DNA from: Narcine bancroftii
Lineage: Eukaryota
DNA length: 64,000 nt
Assembly (NCBI RefSeq): GCF_036971445.1
Contig: NC_091473.1
Span: 206,894,001 to 206,958,000, forward strand
Reading direction: 5' to 3'
Shown: positions 38,201-51,154 of the stretch, piece by piece
How the letters are laid out: the number at the start of each line of letters is the position of its first letter
Position numbering within the stretch: position 1 is the stretch's first letter
Made by a program: the position numbers and the translations under genes
Notes under the pieces: generated by a model
The model's database searches: none
Told to the model about the DNA's origin: nothing
Seen by the model: the letters and a program-made list of their open reading frames with translations, nothing else

Positions 38201-41090
38201 GCTTCTTTGAGAGCAACCTATTAATGAGTGATGTATCGTGCTTATCTGACATTTCTATTGTTAATGTCAGAGGTGAATGATCTGAGAGGTCTGGCCATGT
38301 ACTCAGCTTCCATGATCCTACCGTCTACATGTGTTGAAGGCAAGGAAAAATCTATTCTAGAGTAGGAATCTTGTTGTTTTGAGTAGAAAGAATAATCACT
38401 CTCCCTCAGATACTTCTACCTACACATGTCTATTAAGTTCAGATCCCTCATACCCTCAATGGTAGCCCTCGACGCATTTGTTTCGGTTATTTTCTTGCTG
38501 GCTTATCTAAGACAGGAAACAGACAAAAAAATTAAAATCTCCCTCAACTGGAATGCTTTCCTTTCAATTTGCCAATCCCAGGAAAATGTCCTGTCCAAAC
38601 TTTTTGTTTTCAAGGTTGGGGGAATATACGTTTACTAAGGCCCAGGATTCTGAATATATCTGGGTGTACTATTACAAATCGTCCTGCTTTGTCCGTGATC
38701 ACCTTGCATTTGAGATGACCGAGGAGGCTATTACATGGCCCACCTATCCCCTTTATAGTTTTCGGTGTTCCTGCTCCGTAAAATGTCTTTCTTTGAGAAA
38801 GGCAAGGTCTGCCCCCATTTTTTAAGTGTGCCATGACTCTTATTTTCCACTTGTCCGTTCAAGCTATTAACATTAAATCTAACGCATTTTATATTTTAAC
38901 CGGTGCCTCGGAGCTCCTCAGGCTTCTGTTTCCCCATACTTCCACCGCCCTGTGTCCATCTTTCGACCAACCATTTTCCTTCAGCCGTTTTCCTCGCTCA
39001 CCGGGCACGTGACAAACCTTGGAAAGATAATACGAAAACGAGGGCCACTAACCCAAAAAGGACAGATAAGATAAAACCTTCAACAAAAGAAGAAAAAGGA
39101 AATCAAAACAAAAGTAACGCAATACTCAGCAACCCCATACAACACCAGCCACTGAAACTACTTAACACGGCCATATATTTCACCCTCTATATCCCTTCAC
39201 GGACCTCACGTTCTCCCTCCCCTGGTGAATGTATCTCCCACATTGTCATTCCCCCCCCCCCCCCATACACACTTTAAAGGTTTTACCTTTCTCACGCACC
39301 TACCTCCCTCTTCTCTAAACCCACCTTCCCCGTGTCTCCAGGGCCATTTTTCTCTTTAAATTTATTTCCCTTTCCACTTCTCCACCAATTTGTTTGCATT
39401 CTTTATTGTCATTATTTCATGTAAATTTTTCCAGTGAATGATTGTTGACATATTCCTAGTTGTTTGACAAACATCTCAGCTTCTTTTGGGTGTGATAAAG
39501 ATTTCATCTCTCCTCCCGGTATTACTATTTCAAAGTTTGTCGGGTATCCAATAGCATACTCATATCTCTTTTGCTTTCCATCTTTTACGGTGATTCCAAT
39601 TCCTTCCTTTGACGCAGGAGGATCCCACTGATATCAACGTATAAAAAGGGACCTCGAGCTCAAAAGGCTCACACTCGCCCCCGTTATTTTTTCCCGAGCG
39701 ACCGCTGCTCTTAACATTTTTCTCGGTCATGCTGGTGTGGTATCTCAACAAGCACGGAGCGTGGCCTTTGTCCGGGGCCCTGGCATGCGAGGAGGGACCG
39801 AAGGACCCTTTAGATCTCCATCAATTTCCCCAAGCTTTCCTTCCACATAATCTCCGGACGCGAGAGTTTAAATCAGGCGACGGGGTTTCCCCCTCCATTC
39901 ATTCCTCTAATCCCACTATTTTAAGCGTGTTCAGCCGACTATAATTTTTAATAATATCAAATTTTTGCCATAAGCGCCCCCTTCCCGCCACCCCCCCCCC
40001 ACCCCCCACCCCCCACCCCCCCCCCCCCACGCTGTAGCTTCATTTTCCAATTGCCCTATTCTGTCCTCATTATTTCATGGTTTTTTTTTCTTTCAATTCT
40101 TTTTACCCTCCCTTGCAACGCATTTAATATCAAATGACATTTGTCTAACTTGACATTTAACTGGCTAGTTTTCCTGCCCAAGTCCAATGAGAGTCTCTCG
40201 TCCATCTCCTCTGTATCCTCTACAATTGTCTAAAGTGAGGGCTCCGAGCACTCTCTCCTTCCCTACGCCGTCCTTTTGCTACCTCGTGTAGCCCAGCACA
40301 AGCTTCCCTTTCAACGGCACCAGCCATCACACCACTCCCGTCGCTCGCGACTTCCCCAGGTGTCTGCTGCTTTCCCTATCTCTGGATCGCTGCTTCCCAC
40401 CTTCACCCTCTACTGCCGCTCGTCGGAGCTCTGATATTGGGGTGTACTTCTGCCCTCGTCACTATACTAGCTTGCCGAGATACTCATCTGCACCCCCTTC
40501 GCAGGGTTGAGATCTCCTGTGTCTCCCTTGCCCGTTGCCGGGCTCCGAGCCAGCACTCCCAAATCCCGCCGTTTTCCTCGAGGCGGTTGACATGTCAATA
40601 CAAAAAACGTTCACTCACAGCCGACCATGGAGTCACATGACAAGAAGAGAAAAGCATTCAGGGCAGTGAATACGTCGAAAACCACTTCATATAAGCGATT
40701 CCCAACATCTGCAAAGCATAAGGGAGACCATGCTGCCCGATGCCTCCCGGAGACCGGTCCCTGACCGCGCAGCCGGATATTTTTGCCGTCTTCTCTGTTG
40801 GGTGAGCACTTGGGGCTTCCCCAAAATCGTGCTGCTGCCGCAACCGTTGGGGCTCCGAGGCCACAACCTGCTGGGCTCCCGCGCCGCACTGCTGTTTTTT
40901 GAGCCGGACTGATTTTACCCCTGTGATAGACATTAATCTGAACACCATTTAATTGGAGTTATTTTTTCCCACCTTCTTCTGCTATGAGGCTTTAGTCTTT
41001 CGTTTTATTATTTGATTATTTTCTAACTTCAAATTAAGTATTGTCCTTTGTCCTGGAGGAAACGCCCTACTCCTTCTTTCGTATTACGTG
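35270..41090 (-). mobile_element. Decayed near-full-length L1-clade LINE
   Basis: Minus strand: ORF1 remnant ENYSRLNTLKIVGLEE (near 39930), endonuclease DSYSRIDF (near 38360), RT INLFVDDILIYL (near 37315) and LKYLGVRI..GRVNCVQINVLPRLQYLF (36897-37250). Confidence 0.85.
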
Positions 41091-41551
41091 GCACCGAACA
41101 ATGTGTTCTTCCTTAATATATGGGATCAGAGATTAAGTGAGAGATAAGACGTGAGTAAAATACTCAGAGATTTGCTAATTCGCATATTTAGGGAATTCTT
41201 CACTGTGATTCGATTGCATATATTCATTCTGAATATATTTAAGGTTGGAATCAATTGACATTTGGATATTCAACAGGTTGAAGGACAATATATATTGGAG
41301 AGCGAACTGATGTATGACATCGGCCACGGCTTCATGAATGCTGGAGTAAATTTGAGTTAGCGAGCATCTTACATTCATTCTTTTTATCTAGTCTTAACGC
41401 CGACATCATTCACCGCCGTCCAGTGACATTAGGGTCCCTATTCTGTTTTTAAGGTGTTCGTTATCACTGATATGAAGTGGTTTGCGACGTATCACTGCAT
41501 TAATACTTTTCTCTTGTTGTCAAGTGACTCCGTGGTTGGATGTGAGTGAAA

Positions 41552-41628
41552 GGTTTTTGTATTGACAAGATTCACCGTGGGACGTCAAGCACAGTGATTG
41601 AAATTCCACCAGCAGTCATACAATAACC
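41552..41628 (+). other. TCR diversity (D) segment GGACGTCAAG (41580-41589) with 5' 12-RSS and 3' 23-RSS
   Basis: GGTTTTTGT, 12 bp, CACCGTG | GGACGTCAAG | CACAGTG, 23 bp, ACAATAACC. Near-consensus signals. The coding part is open in all three frames. Confidence 0.92.
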
Positions 41629-43002
41629 TTCAGGCTGCAACATCTTCTTTCACTACGACTTGTATTAATGCCTTGAGTTTTTTAATCATATCTTTGATCT
41701 GAACTTTTCGACAATAGACTGGATATTGATGCTTTTGTTAGTTCTAAAAATGCACAGGATAGGTTATTTTAATTGCTCCTTATGTAATTGCAAAACAAGT
41801 GACCCAATTATCCTGGACCAGCAAGGAGATCGCAATGGATTTGTTTCATGATATGATCTTGAAAAGTGTGCGGTCAGAAAACGAAATAGTTAAACCTCAA
41901 CAAAAGCTCTGAACTATATATGTTCCATTAAAATGTTATTTTCGATGGTATTTTGTGGGAATAAAATCTGTGCTGATGAATAATGCAGACATTTCCAATA
42001 AGGCAAAATATGATGTGCAGGGGGAACCTCGTGTAAAGCAACATTTCTGAAAAAAAAGGATTTGTCATTTAAAGACTAAATCATTCATGAAGACGGATCG
42101 TGAAGAGAGGAGACAGTCAATATCAGGAGTGGTTGGGTGAATTGCAATGGCGGGCGAGTCCTGTTGTTGGGAAATCGTGTCAGCAGGATCGAATCTCCAT
42201 TTTCTTAATTCGTGGGTTTCCGTGCATAATGCAAACGGACGCATTTGTTCAGACTCGTGCATGACTCCGTCTGACAATTGTTTTAACTAACCAATAGAAA
42301 TAACGTCGCAGTGCGATTCCGCAGTGTTTGGTTCAGTTAAGTTCCGTGTGTTTTTCAAGCTGAATTCTCGTCAAATTAACTTTCAATGCCTTCTGTATTG
42401 GTCCTTCCTTCGTCTTTTTTGTTCTATACGTTATATTTTTACTCTGTAAAAGAAAGCTCTGAGTGTTGCAAGCACAAAAGATATCTCCATCTTGGGAATT
42501 TATGCTTCAGTAAAAGAAATGCTCACGTGTTTAGTTATCAATTCATAACCATTGGCGTTAAATAAACAATTTCTTCCTGGTTTTCTTGATAATTAAAGAA
42601 GGTGTTCAAAGACAGTTCGGGTTGATTAAGTTTTCGTCGGTTCCCAAAGCAGTTCCAACAATCCCATTGCACTGTTTATTTTATCTGCATTATTTTCTGC
42701 GCCTCTAACGTGCTCGTTAACCTTTCGGTATTTCGGAGTGGTTGCAAGCTAGAGCAGACAATCAATCTATCAATCAGACAGCTTTTGGGCCAATATACCT
42801 GCCACAAATTAATTGGCTGACTGCTGCTTAAAGCCCTCTTAAAATACTGTTCGTGCTTCCGCTTCTGGCCAGTCATTTGTCATATCGCCTCTGGAGCGGC
42901 GTGACATTTACTTGTGATCATTGTGGTTCGCGTGAAATGTTGAGTGTGCTGCGCAGTTCCATATAATATCAGGTGGCTCTGCTGACAGCAGGGAGTTGGG
43001 GT

Positions 43003-43080
43003 TTTTTCTGTATTTCCCTGTAGCACTGTAGTTGGGATAATCACAGTTGTTGAAGTACCATCAGCAATTACATTTTCAGC
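43003..43080 (+). pseudogene. Second D segment GTTGGGATAAT (43031-43041) with degenerate 12/23 RSSs
   Basis: TTTTTCTGT, 12 bp, CACTGTA | GTTGGGATAAT | CACAGTT, 23 bp, ATTTTCAGC. The 23-bp spacer is clearly similar to that of the first D. Confidence 0.65.
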
Positions 43081-43412
43081 TCCCGAACTTCGTTAACCAG
43101 TCGATAGCTTGGTTAATACTAGCCAATATTACCAACCTTTTTTTTAATGCTTTGGTTTATTAATCGCTCGATATTCATGGAGAGAGTGGAAGTGAGTGGA
43201 GAGTTCAGTGCTCCACGTTCCTCGGTGCACACTTAAGAAGTGACCTATCCCTGTCATATAACATCGCCTCACTTGTCAGGAAGGCTCAAGGGCGACTGCA
43301 CTGTCTGAGCAGATTTGGGTGGGAAAATCAACCGGCCACCATCTGGTCAACTTTCGAGATGAGCTTTCTCGAGAGCGTCCTGGCCGGCTGCTTCAGAGTG
43401 TGAACTTTAAAG

Positions 43413-43771
43413 CAGTGGTTTTCATTTTTTTCCACTAACGTACTGCCTTAGGCATTCCTTATACTATAGGTCCTCTGTGATTAGTAAGGAATTACTTGAG
43501 GTCGTTTGTGAAAGGGGACAAACGTTTGAAAACCATTGCTCTAGACACAATTGTTACTGAAGTATTTTGCTTGAGATTGGCTCATTTCTTTTCTAGTTTT
43601 AAAACCGTGAATATAACGAGTCAATTGTATAATTAAAACAGTGGTTTTCAACCCTTTTCTTTCCCCTCACTTACCACCGCAAACAATCCCTTACTTATCA
43701 CAGAGCACCTATGCCACAGAAATCAGTTAGAATAGTATGTGAGGGGAAATAAAAAGGTTTGAAAACCATTG
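43413..43771. mobile_element. hAT-Charlie-like MITE structure (two oppositely oriented ~130-bp units)
   Basis: CAGTGGTTTTCA...TGAAAACCATTG termini at 43413-43538 and 43639-43771. Outer flanks CTTTAAAG and CTTTGCAG. Confidence 0.6.
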
Positions 43772-44567
43772 CTTTGCAGCATTGGCTTGCAGACAATCCA
43801 GTGGACCGTAGCAGGGGTAGAAACGATAACAGAGTTCTCGCTTCCTCCCCGACCCCCCCCCCTCCCACCGACCATTCCCATTAACAAGATTGCTGTTTGA
43901 AGAGGGCTCGCAAAATACTTGGGGACCCTTATTACTCTGCACGCAGCTAGTACAGTCGGGAGGAGACGCGGAAATACATGAGATATTATCACTATGCTGA
44001 GAAACAGCCCCCCCCCCCCCCCGCCACGAGTAGTGAAATTGCTGAACGACTGAATGCACTGCTCAATTAAACGATCGGAGACTCAACTATTTATTTTAAA
44101 ATTTATTTATTTTACATATGTATATACATGCTGTATATGTATGGTTTGTCTGTGTGTATTATGACTCGATGTACTTTTACATGTTTTTGCTCCGTTAGCT
44201 GGAGAACGCTGCTTCGTCATCTTGTACTTGTATAATCGAATGTCAATAAATTTGAAGTTGAACTTGAACTTGACCGACAACAGCGCTTTTCTTGCCCCAC
44301 ATTCCCACGCGCATGTGGGACGTCCTATTTTATACTTCCATATGAAGTGTGGCTCATTACCCATTACAGACGGGTAGCCGTGACAACACCAATAAACATC
44401 CTACTTTTCTATTAGCTTCAATATCAAAGTTTTTCCAGCTTCTCAGCGTTTGTCACTAGCAAGCATCGCGTTATCACAAATTTCATTCAATTTCATGAGA
44501 AATGTGAGAGATGTTAACCTAATTTTGTTCACTCTCAGATGTTCTGTAAATTATTTCTTGTTTCATT

Positions 44568-45296
44568 TGTTACAAGTTCAAACCAGCAACCACAAAGAAG
44601 ACATATCACACAGGGGTAAAGATTAACAATTACTGTATCAATAAAAAGATTAACCTTCAAACTTTAATTCCAAACCCCCCCTCCCCCTTTTATAACAATG
44701 CCCACTGATTACTATACAAATATCATTAACAGTGTAAAACTAAATATATAACATATATTTTCCTAAATATAACATATGTAATTAAAGTCTAAGTAATATT
44801 TCCAACCAGCCCACAGAAAAACTTAAACACAAAATACACAATACTCGCAAAACTTCGATCTCAACCAAAGCAAAGATCATAAACAAAATTCAGTTTGTTT
44901 GGTAAACTGAAGCCAAAAGATCTTTGAGAGAGAGAGAGAGAGAGAGCACAAAATTCGAAGTTGTCTTCTTCTGTTGCTTGCAGAGAGAGGGAAAACTGGT
45001 TTGGTCTGGATCCTTCTGGCTGCCTTCGGAATGTTCATCCTTTTTGAAATACAAACATTCTAAACTGTCCTCCAGACCATGTCTCATGCACTTGGCCTTC
45101 TGCCACTCCACAGCACCCCCAGTGGTGGTTAATCATCCAAGTCCAGAAATCTTGAGGTCGTTTTCTGCACATGCTCAGTTAGTGTACAACTCTCTCAGCA
45201 GTCCACCTTCACCTAGGCTCTTAAAGGCTAATTGTCACTTTTTAATATAAAACCACACAACACTTGGACCAATACACAACATAGAACTCGGTAACA
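44568..45296 (-). repeat. 3' LTR of the Gmr1-like element (PPT AGGGGAGG at 45297-45304)
   Basis: TGTTACA...GGTAACA. Homologous to 50046-50718. Confidence 0.9.
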
Positions 45297-48200
45297 CCTC
45301 CCCTGCTGAAAAGATACATTGGTCCACAAGAACCATTTTTTAACAATTAATGGAAGTATTACATAATTAAAGTAAAATAAACACTCCATTTTTTTTACAA
45401 TAAGTATGTGATTAGATTCATATCTACCCAGATTAACATCTTGACAAATAATCTGCTATTACATTATCCGTCCCCTTTATGAGTAATAATTGAATCATAC
45501 TCTTGTAAGCTCCAATTCAACTGTCCGTTCTTATTTTTCATTTTAGACATAAAAGTTAATGGATTATGATCAGTATATATTATCAACGGTTTTTGACCAG
45601 TACAAATATACACATCAAAATGTTGCACTGCGAAAATAAACGCTAACAACTCCTTCTCAATGGTTGAATAATTTCATTGATGGTCGTTAACCATTTCCGA
45701 GAAGTACAAAATAGGATGTCCTACTCCATCACCATCCTTCTTCTGTAACGGTACAGCACCAACCACTTCGGCACTGGCGTCCACGGCTAAAGAGAATGGC
45801 TTTTCAAAGTTAGGGGACACAAGTACAGGCTGATAGCATAAAATGGCCTTTAACTTCAGAAACGCTTCCTGGCATGCATCTGATTAGATATATTTTTTTT
45901 TCTTTCCAAGTAGTTTTGTTAATGGGAGTGCAATTTCTGCAAAGTTTGTAGAAAATCTACGATAGTAGCCATTCATACCTAGAAATCTCCGAAGAGCTTT
46001 CTTATTACTGGGGATAGGGAACACAGTGATAGCCAATATTTTCACTCAAACCGATGCCACCTGTCCCAGTCCTACCACATAACCCAGATAAATTACAGTG
46101 GCATGTCAAAAATCACTCTTGTGTAAATTCACTGTGAGTTGTGGTTTCCCCCAGTCTCTGAAATAACTGCTCTAATTCAAGCATGTGTTCTTCCCATGTA
46201 TCCGTACTAATTAATAAACCATCGATATAGGCTCATGTGTGCTTTAAATCCTGAATTATTGCATTAATCATTCTTTGAAATGTGCCAGGTGCATTTTTCA
46301 TCCCGAAAGGCATAACAATATACTCATACAATCCCGAGGAGGTAACAAATGCAGAAATCTCCATGCTTTTCTCTGTCAAAGGAATTCACCAGGATCCTTT
46401 TCAGAGGTCAATCTTCGTAAGAAATTTAGCCTTCCCCACCTTATCTATATAATCATCTACTCTGGGAATAGGGAACGCATCAGTCTTTGTCACCACGTTT
46501 ACCTTTCGATAATCTATACAAAACCTAATTGAGCCATCTGGCTTAGGCTCCAGAACACAGGGTGAATTTCAATGTGAACTTGATTTTTTGAGCATATAAT
46601 CCACCTCGTGATCCGGAAATCTGCTCTTTTCCTGATTAACTCGGTAAGGAAAGATCTGTAAGGATGCTGTTTAACAGGCTTAGCATCACATCATGACAAG
46701 CCACTTGGAACATCTGGGAATATATCCTTAAATTTCATAAGTAATGTCTTCATTTCTTCCCTTTCTGATTTAGTCAAATGCATTATATTGGTGTCTACGT
46801 TTTACAAAACTGTAGAATTTTTCAGCCTGGGGCTTATCACATTCTGTGCTCCATGACTTTCCACGAAACTAATATCCTCCTTATATTCTTCTATAATTAG
46901 CACCTTGGTTGGAAACCTAGTCTCCTGCTCAGTCATTTTCTCAAAGTAATGTTTAAGCATGTTCACGTGACAGACCTGTGTCTCTCTTCGACGATCAGGC
47001 ATCTCATTGACATAGGTGACATGGTTAATTTTTGATTTTACCTTATAAAGACCTGTAAAATAAGCTCACAAAGAGTCTGACTGCATTGGAAAGAAAACCA
47101 ATACTTAATGCCAGGTTTAATGTTCTTAATGTTTGCTTTTTGATCATACCGAATTTTCATTTTTCCCTGAGCAGTTTTTAAATTTTTCCTTGCCATCTCG
47201 CAAGCCTGATGTAATCTGTTTTAAAATTTGAAAACATAATCCAACAGATTTGATTGTATATCATTATCCACTGTTCCTTCAACAATAGTAATGAACCCTT
47301 GACTTCATAATCAAACAGCAACTCAAATGGACTAAAGCAAAGGACTCCTGAGTTGCCTCTCTAACAGCAAACAATAACAAGTGGATTGTTTCATCACAAT
47401 CCTTATTATTGTCCACGCAATAAGACCTCATCTTATTTTTCACAGTTAAATTGAACATTTCCAAGGCCTTCACTTTCAGGATGATAGGCAGACGACATAA
47501 TTCATACACCACCAGTTGAAATATTCCAGACATAAAATTACTCCATTGCTCTGATTGAATTTCACTTGGTAGGCCAAACAGTGTGAAAGATTTCAGCATA
47601 GCCTGCACAATCATCTTTGCTTTAATGTTTCTCAGGGGAATAGCCTCTGGAAACATTTAAGCTGTGCACATGAGTGTTAAAAAATATTCGTTTCCCGCTT
47701 TGGTTTTTGGCAATGAGCCAACACAAACCACTATCACTTTTGAGAACGGCTCCCCAAAAGCAGGGATGGGTTGTAAAGGTGCCACCGTTGGTCTTTGATT
47801 CGGCTTGCCCACCAGTTCACATGTGTGACAGGTTCTACAAAACTTCACAACATCCTTGCTTAATTTAAGCCAATAAAACTGTATCCTTATCTTTTCTACC
47901 ATCTTCTTCACTCCAAGATGACCACCTAAAGGTGTACCATGAGCCAACTTTAATATTTCAATCCTGTAAGTTTTGGGAATTAAAACTTGCCTTACTAACG
48001 CCCAGTTTTCAATGGCAGGTATCACTTGTGGTCTCCACTTTCTCATCAATATACAATCTTGAACAAAGTAACCTACTGGCACAGTTTCAATTTCCTGGTT
48101 AGAAGAATCTTATCTCTTATCCCAGCAAGATCAGGATCATGCTTTTGTCTAGCTATTAATTCTTCTCTTGCCAACAGCAAAGCTGGATCCTTAGGTTTGT

Positions 48201-49290
48201 CCTCAATGCTTGCCTCCACTACAGGATCATCACATCTTTCTCTACCTCTATCTTTTTTCAAGACATGGCTCTAGTACTGGCACATGCAGGGTAGATTTCC
48301 AAATCCTTTTCGGATTCATAAACCAATGGCTTACTTGTGAGTTTCACCGCAGGTATGATGCTACCATCTGATAAATAATTTCCTAACAAAAGAGAAACTC
48401 CATCCACCGGCAGACTTGATCTTATCCCTATCGTAACTGGGTCATTAACTAAGTCTGATTTCATCACTATTCTATGCAAAGGTATGGGCTCTGCTTCACC
48501 ACCAATACATTTAATTAATTCACATCTCCAGTATTGGTCTCCTCACCAGAATTCAAAACGTTGCTTAATAAAAGTGATTGGGCTGCTCCAGTTTCCCGCA
48601 GGATTTTAACTGGCACTTGATTGTATCCTTCTTTAACCGAAATGAAACCTTCAGTCATGAATGGTTTAAAAATGTCCCTAACTTTCTCACTCTGAACACA
48701 GGCAGTTGGTACCACCCCTTTCTCTTTCTTCCTTTTCAGTACAGGACAATTTGCTGTTATGTGCCCTGGCTTCCTACAAAATTGGCAAATAACACTCGAA
48801 AATCTTTCCTTCGCACATTTCTCTTCCTCTCTTCCTTTAACCTCACTTCTATATTTTATTTCTACTCTACTTGGATTATCAGTAGTATTCCTTTGAAAGA
48901 TTTTTCCTAGTGTCTACTTAGGATTGTGGGTTAAATCATATTCCTCTGCGAATTTAGCAAATTATTGCAAAGTTTTTTATATTTTTCTCTGCCAAGTACA
49001 CTTGAATATCGTCAGGAACACAATTTTTAATCTCCTCAATCAGAATGACTTCCCTCAATAATTCAAAGTTATTTTCTACTTTCATTGTGCACACCACCGA
49101 TCAAACCACACAACCTTCCTATAAGCAAAATCTAGGTAAGATTGGGTTGCTGTTTTTTTTAAAACTCCTGAACTTTTGTCTATAAGCCTCTGGAGATTGG
49201 AGTATAGCCTACTTTACAAATTCGTAATCAGCTGCTTGTTGTACAGTGAGACACAAGTAAACCTGTTGGGCTTCCTTTTTAAGACTACTT

Positions 49291-49410
49291 TGTAGCAGGA
49301 ATGACCACTGGTCTGGTGGCCATTTTAAATTTACAGCTATCTTCTCAAAATGTAGCAGGAGTGACCACTGGTCTGGTGGCCATTTTAAATTTACAGCTAC
49401 TTTCTCAAAA
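49291..49410. repeat. 60-bp tandem duplication inside gag
   Basis: TGTAGCAGGA(A/G)TGACCACTGGTCTGGTGGCC... occurs twice. Confidence 0.9.
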
Positions 49411-50045
49411 TTTCTATTTCAGCTTCCTCAAATGGAGGAACTTACCTCACTTCTCTACTGACCAGAAAACTCTCCTCCTGACCAGCACGTGGGTTTGGGG
49501 CTTCTCCATCTCCTTGGGTTAGGGTCAGCTTTAATTTAGCTAGTTCTACCTCATGCTTCCATTCCTTCTCTCTCTCCTCCATTTCTGCCTGCTTTATTGC
49601 TTCCCATTCGGCTTTCCTTTCTGCCTCTCTTTTTTCCTCTAACTTTAGTTTTCTCAAAGCCAACTTTACTTCCTCTGATGTTTTCTCCTTTGGACACTGA
49701 TCTAATGCAGCTTCTTCAAATACCTCCTTTCGTATATAGTGCTTAACAATCTTTCGGGCAATTTCCTTTTTTTCATTCCAGTTCTTACTTTAAAAAGTTT
49801 TAACGCCAACAATAATCATCAGTTCTGACTTTTTAGCCATTTTTAATTTAACCACTGAAGGGATGGCTATGAACTACTCAATATTCATAGTTGATGGTTT
49901 TTCTGCTGGTGATTTATACACTCATCGATCATTTTTAATTTCAAGCTGGAAGTTGAGTCAAACTCAGACGACTGATAACTAAGCACACATCAATCTCCCC
50001 TAAAACTTCCAAATTGGTTTGATCCCGGACGATGCACCCAAATTA

Positions 50046-50718
50046 TGTTACAGGATCAAACGAGCAACCACAAAGAAGGCATATTACACAGGGGTAAAGA
50101 TGAACATTACTTTATTAACAAAAAATGTACCTTCAAATTTAATTCAAAAATCTCCCTTTTATAACAATGCCCACTGCCTACTATGCAAATTTCTATAACA
50201 GTGTAAAACTAATAAATTCCCCAGCCTAAATATAACATATGTATTTAAAGTCTAAGTTATATTTCCAAACAGCCCACAGAAAAACTTAAACACAAAACAC
50301 ACAAGACTTACAAAACGTCGATCTCAACCGAAGCAAAGATCATAAACAAAATTCAGTTTGTTTGGTAAACTGAAGCCAAAAAAATATTTGACAGAGAGAG
50401 AACAAAATTCGAAATTGTCTTCTTGTGTTTCTTGCAGAGATAGGAAAAACTTGCTTGGTCTGGATCCTTCTGGTGCCTTCGGAATGTTCATCCTTTTTGA
50501 AATCCCAACATCCTAAACTGTCCTCCAGACCATGACTCATGCCCTGGCCTTCTTCAATTCCACAGCACTCCTAGTAATGGTTTATCGTCCAAGTCCAGAA
50601 ATGTTTAGATCATTTTTATGCTCATTCCGTCTCCCACTCTCTCAGCAGTCCACTGTCACTTTATAACATAAAACCACAAAACACATAGGCCAATAAAAAA
50701 ACACAGAACTCTGTAACA
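50046..50718 (-). repeat. 5' LTR of the Gmr1-like element (tRNA-Pro-like PBS at 50022-50040)
   Basis: TGTTACA...TGTAACA. The adjacent minus-strand TGGGTGCATCGTCCGGGAT resembles the tRNA-Pro PBS TGGGGGCTCGTCCGGGAT. Confidence 0.9.
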
Positions 50719-51154
50719 CAATTCATAAAATTTTAGAATGGTCCAAACGTGCCAGTTCTAAATGTAGTATCATGGATGTGGCATTGAGGTAGGAACCTTT
50801 CTACATTGAACATGGTCATGACCCAAAGTGAGAACTTTCTGGGTAGATCTGGGTGATCATCTAGAACAGATTATTAGTAAACAATTTCCACAGATCCCAG
50901 AATTGTTTTCGGAAATTATGAAGACGTAAGTCTTACAATGAAGCCATCAAAAATTCCATTACAGTTTCTTAAGATTACATTGGCAGTAGCCCGTACATGT
51001 ATATCGGTTACCTGGCAGTTTGATTCCCATTATGTATTGGCACTTTAGAATGCAGAAGTGCAAACCTGTGTTCCTAGGGGTAAGAGAACATGCTGTGCCT
51101 GTTCAGGTAAACTTTGAGAATCCACTTACGTATTTTCATCCACTGCTTTGGGAT

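Larger units (their letters stand above)
44568..50718 (-). mobile_element. Full-length decayed Gmr1-like Gypsy LTR retrotransposon (gag-PR-INT-RT-RH)
   Basis: Paired LTRs, PBS and PPT. CCHC knuckle CQFCRKPGHITANC (near 48770), protease ILRETGAAQSL, integrase HHCC (AHGTPLGGHLG..CRTCHTC) at 47657-48082, then RT (MPFGMKNAPGTFQR, AYIDG) and RNase H (LAVDAS, YSTIEKELLA). Flanks CATT and CAAT. Confidence 0.92.
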
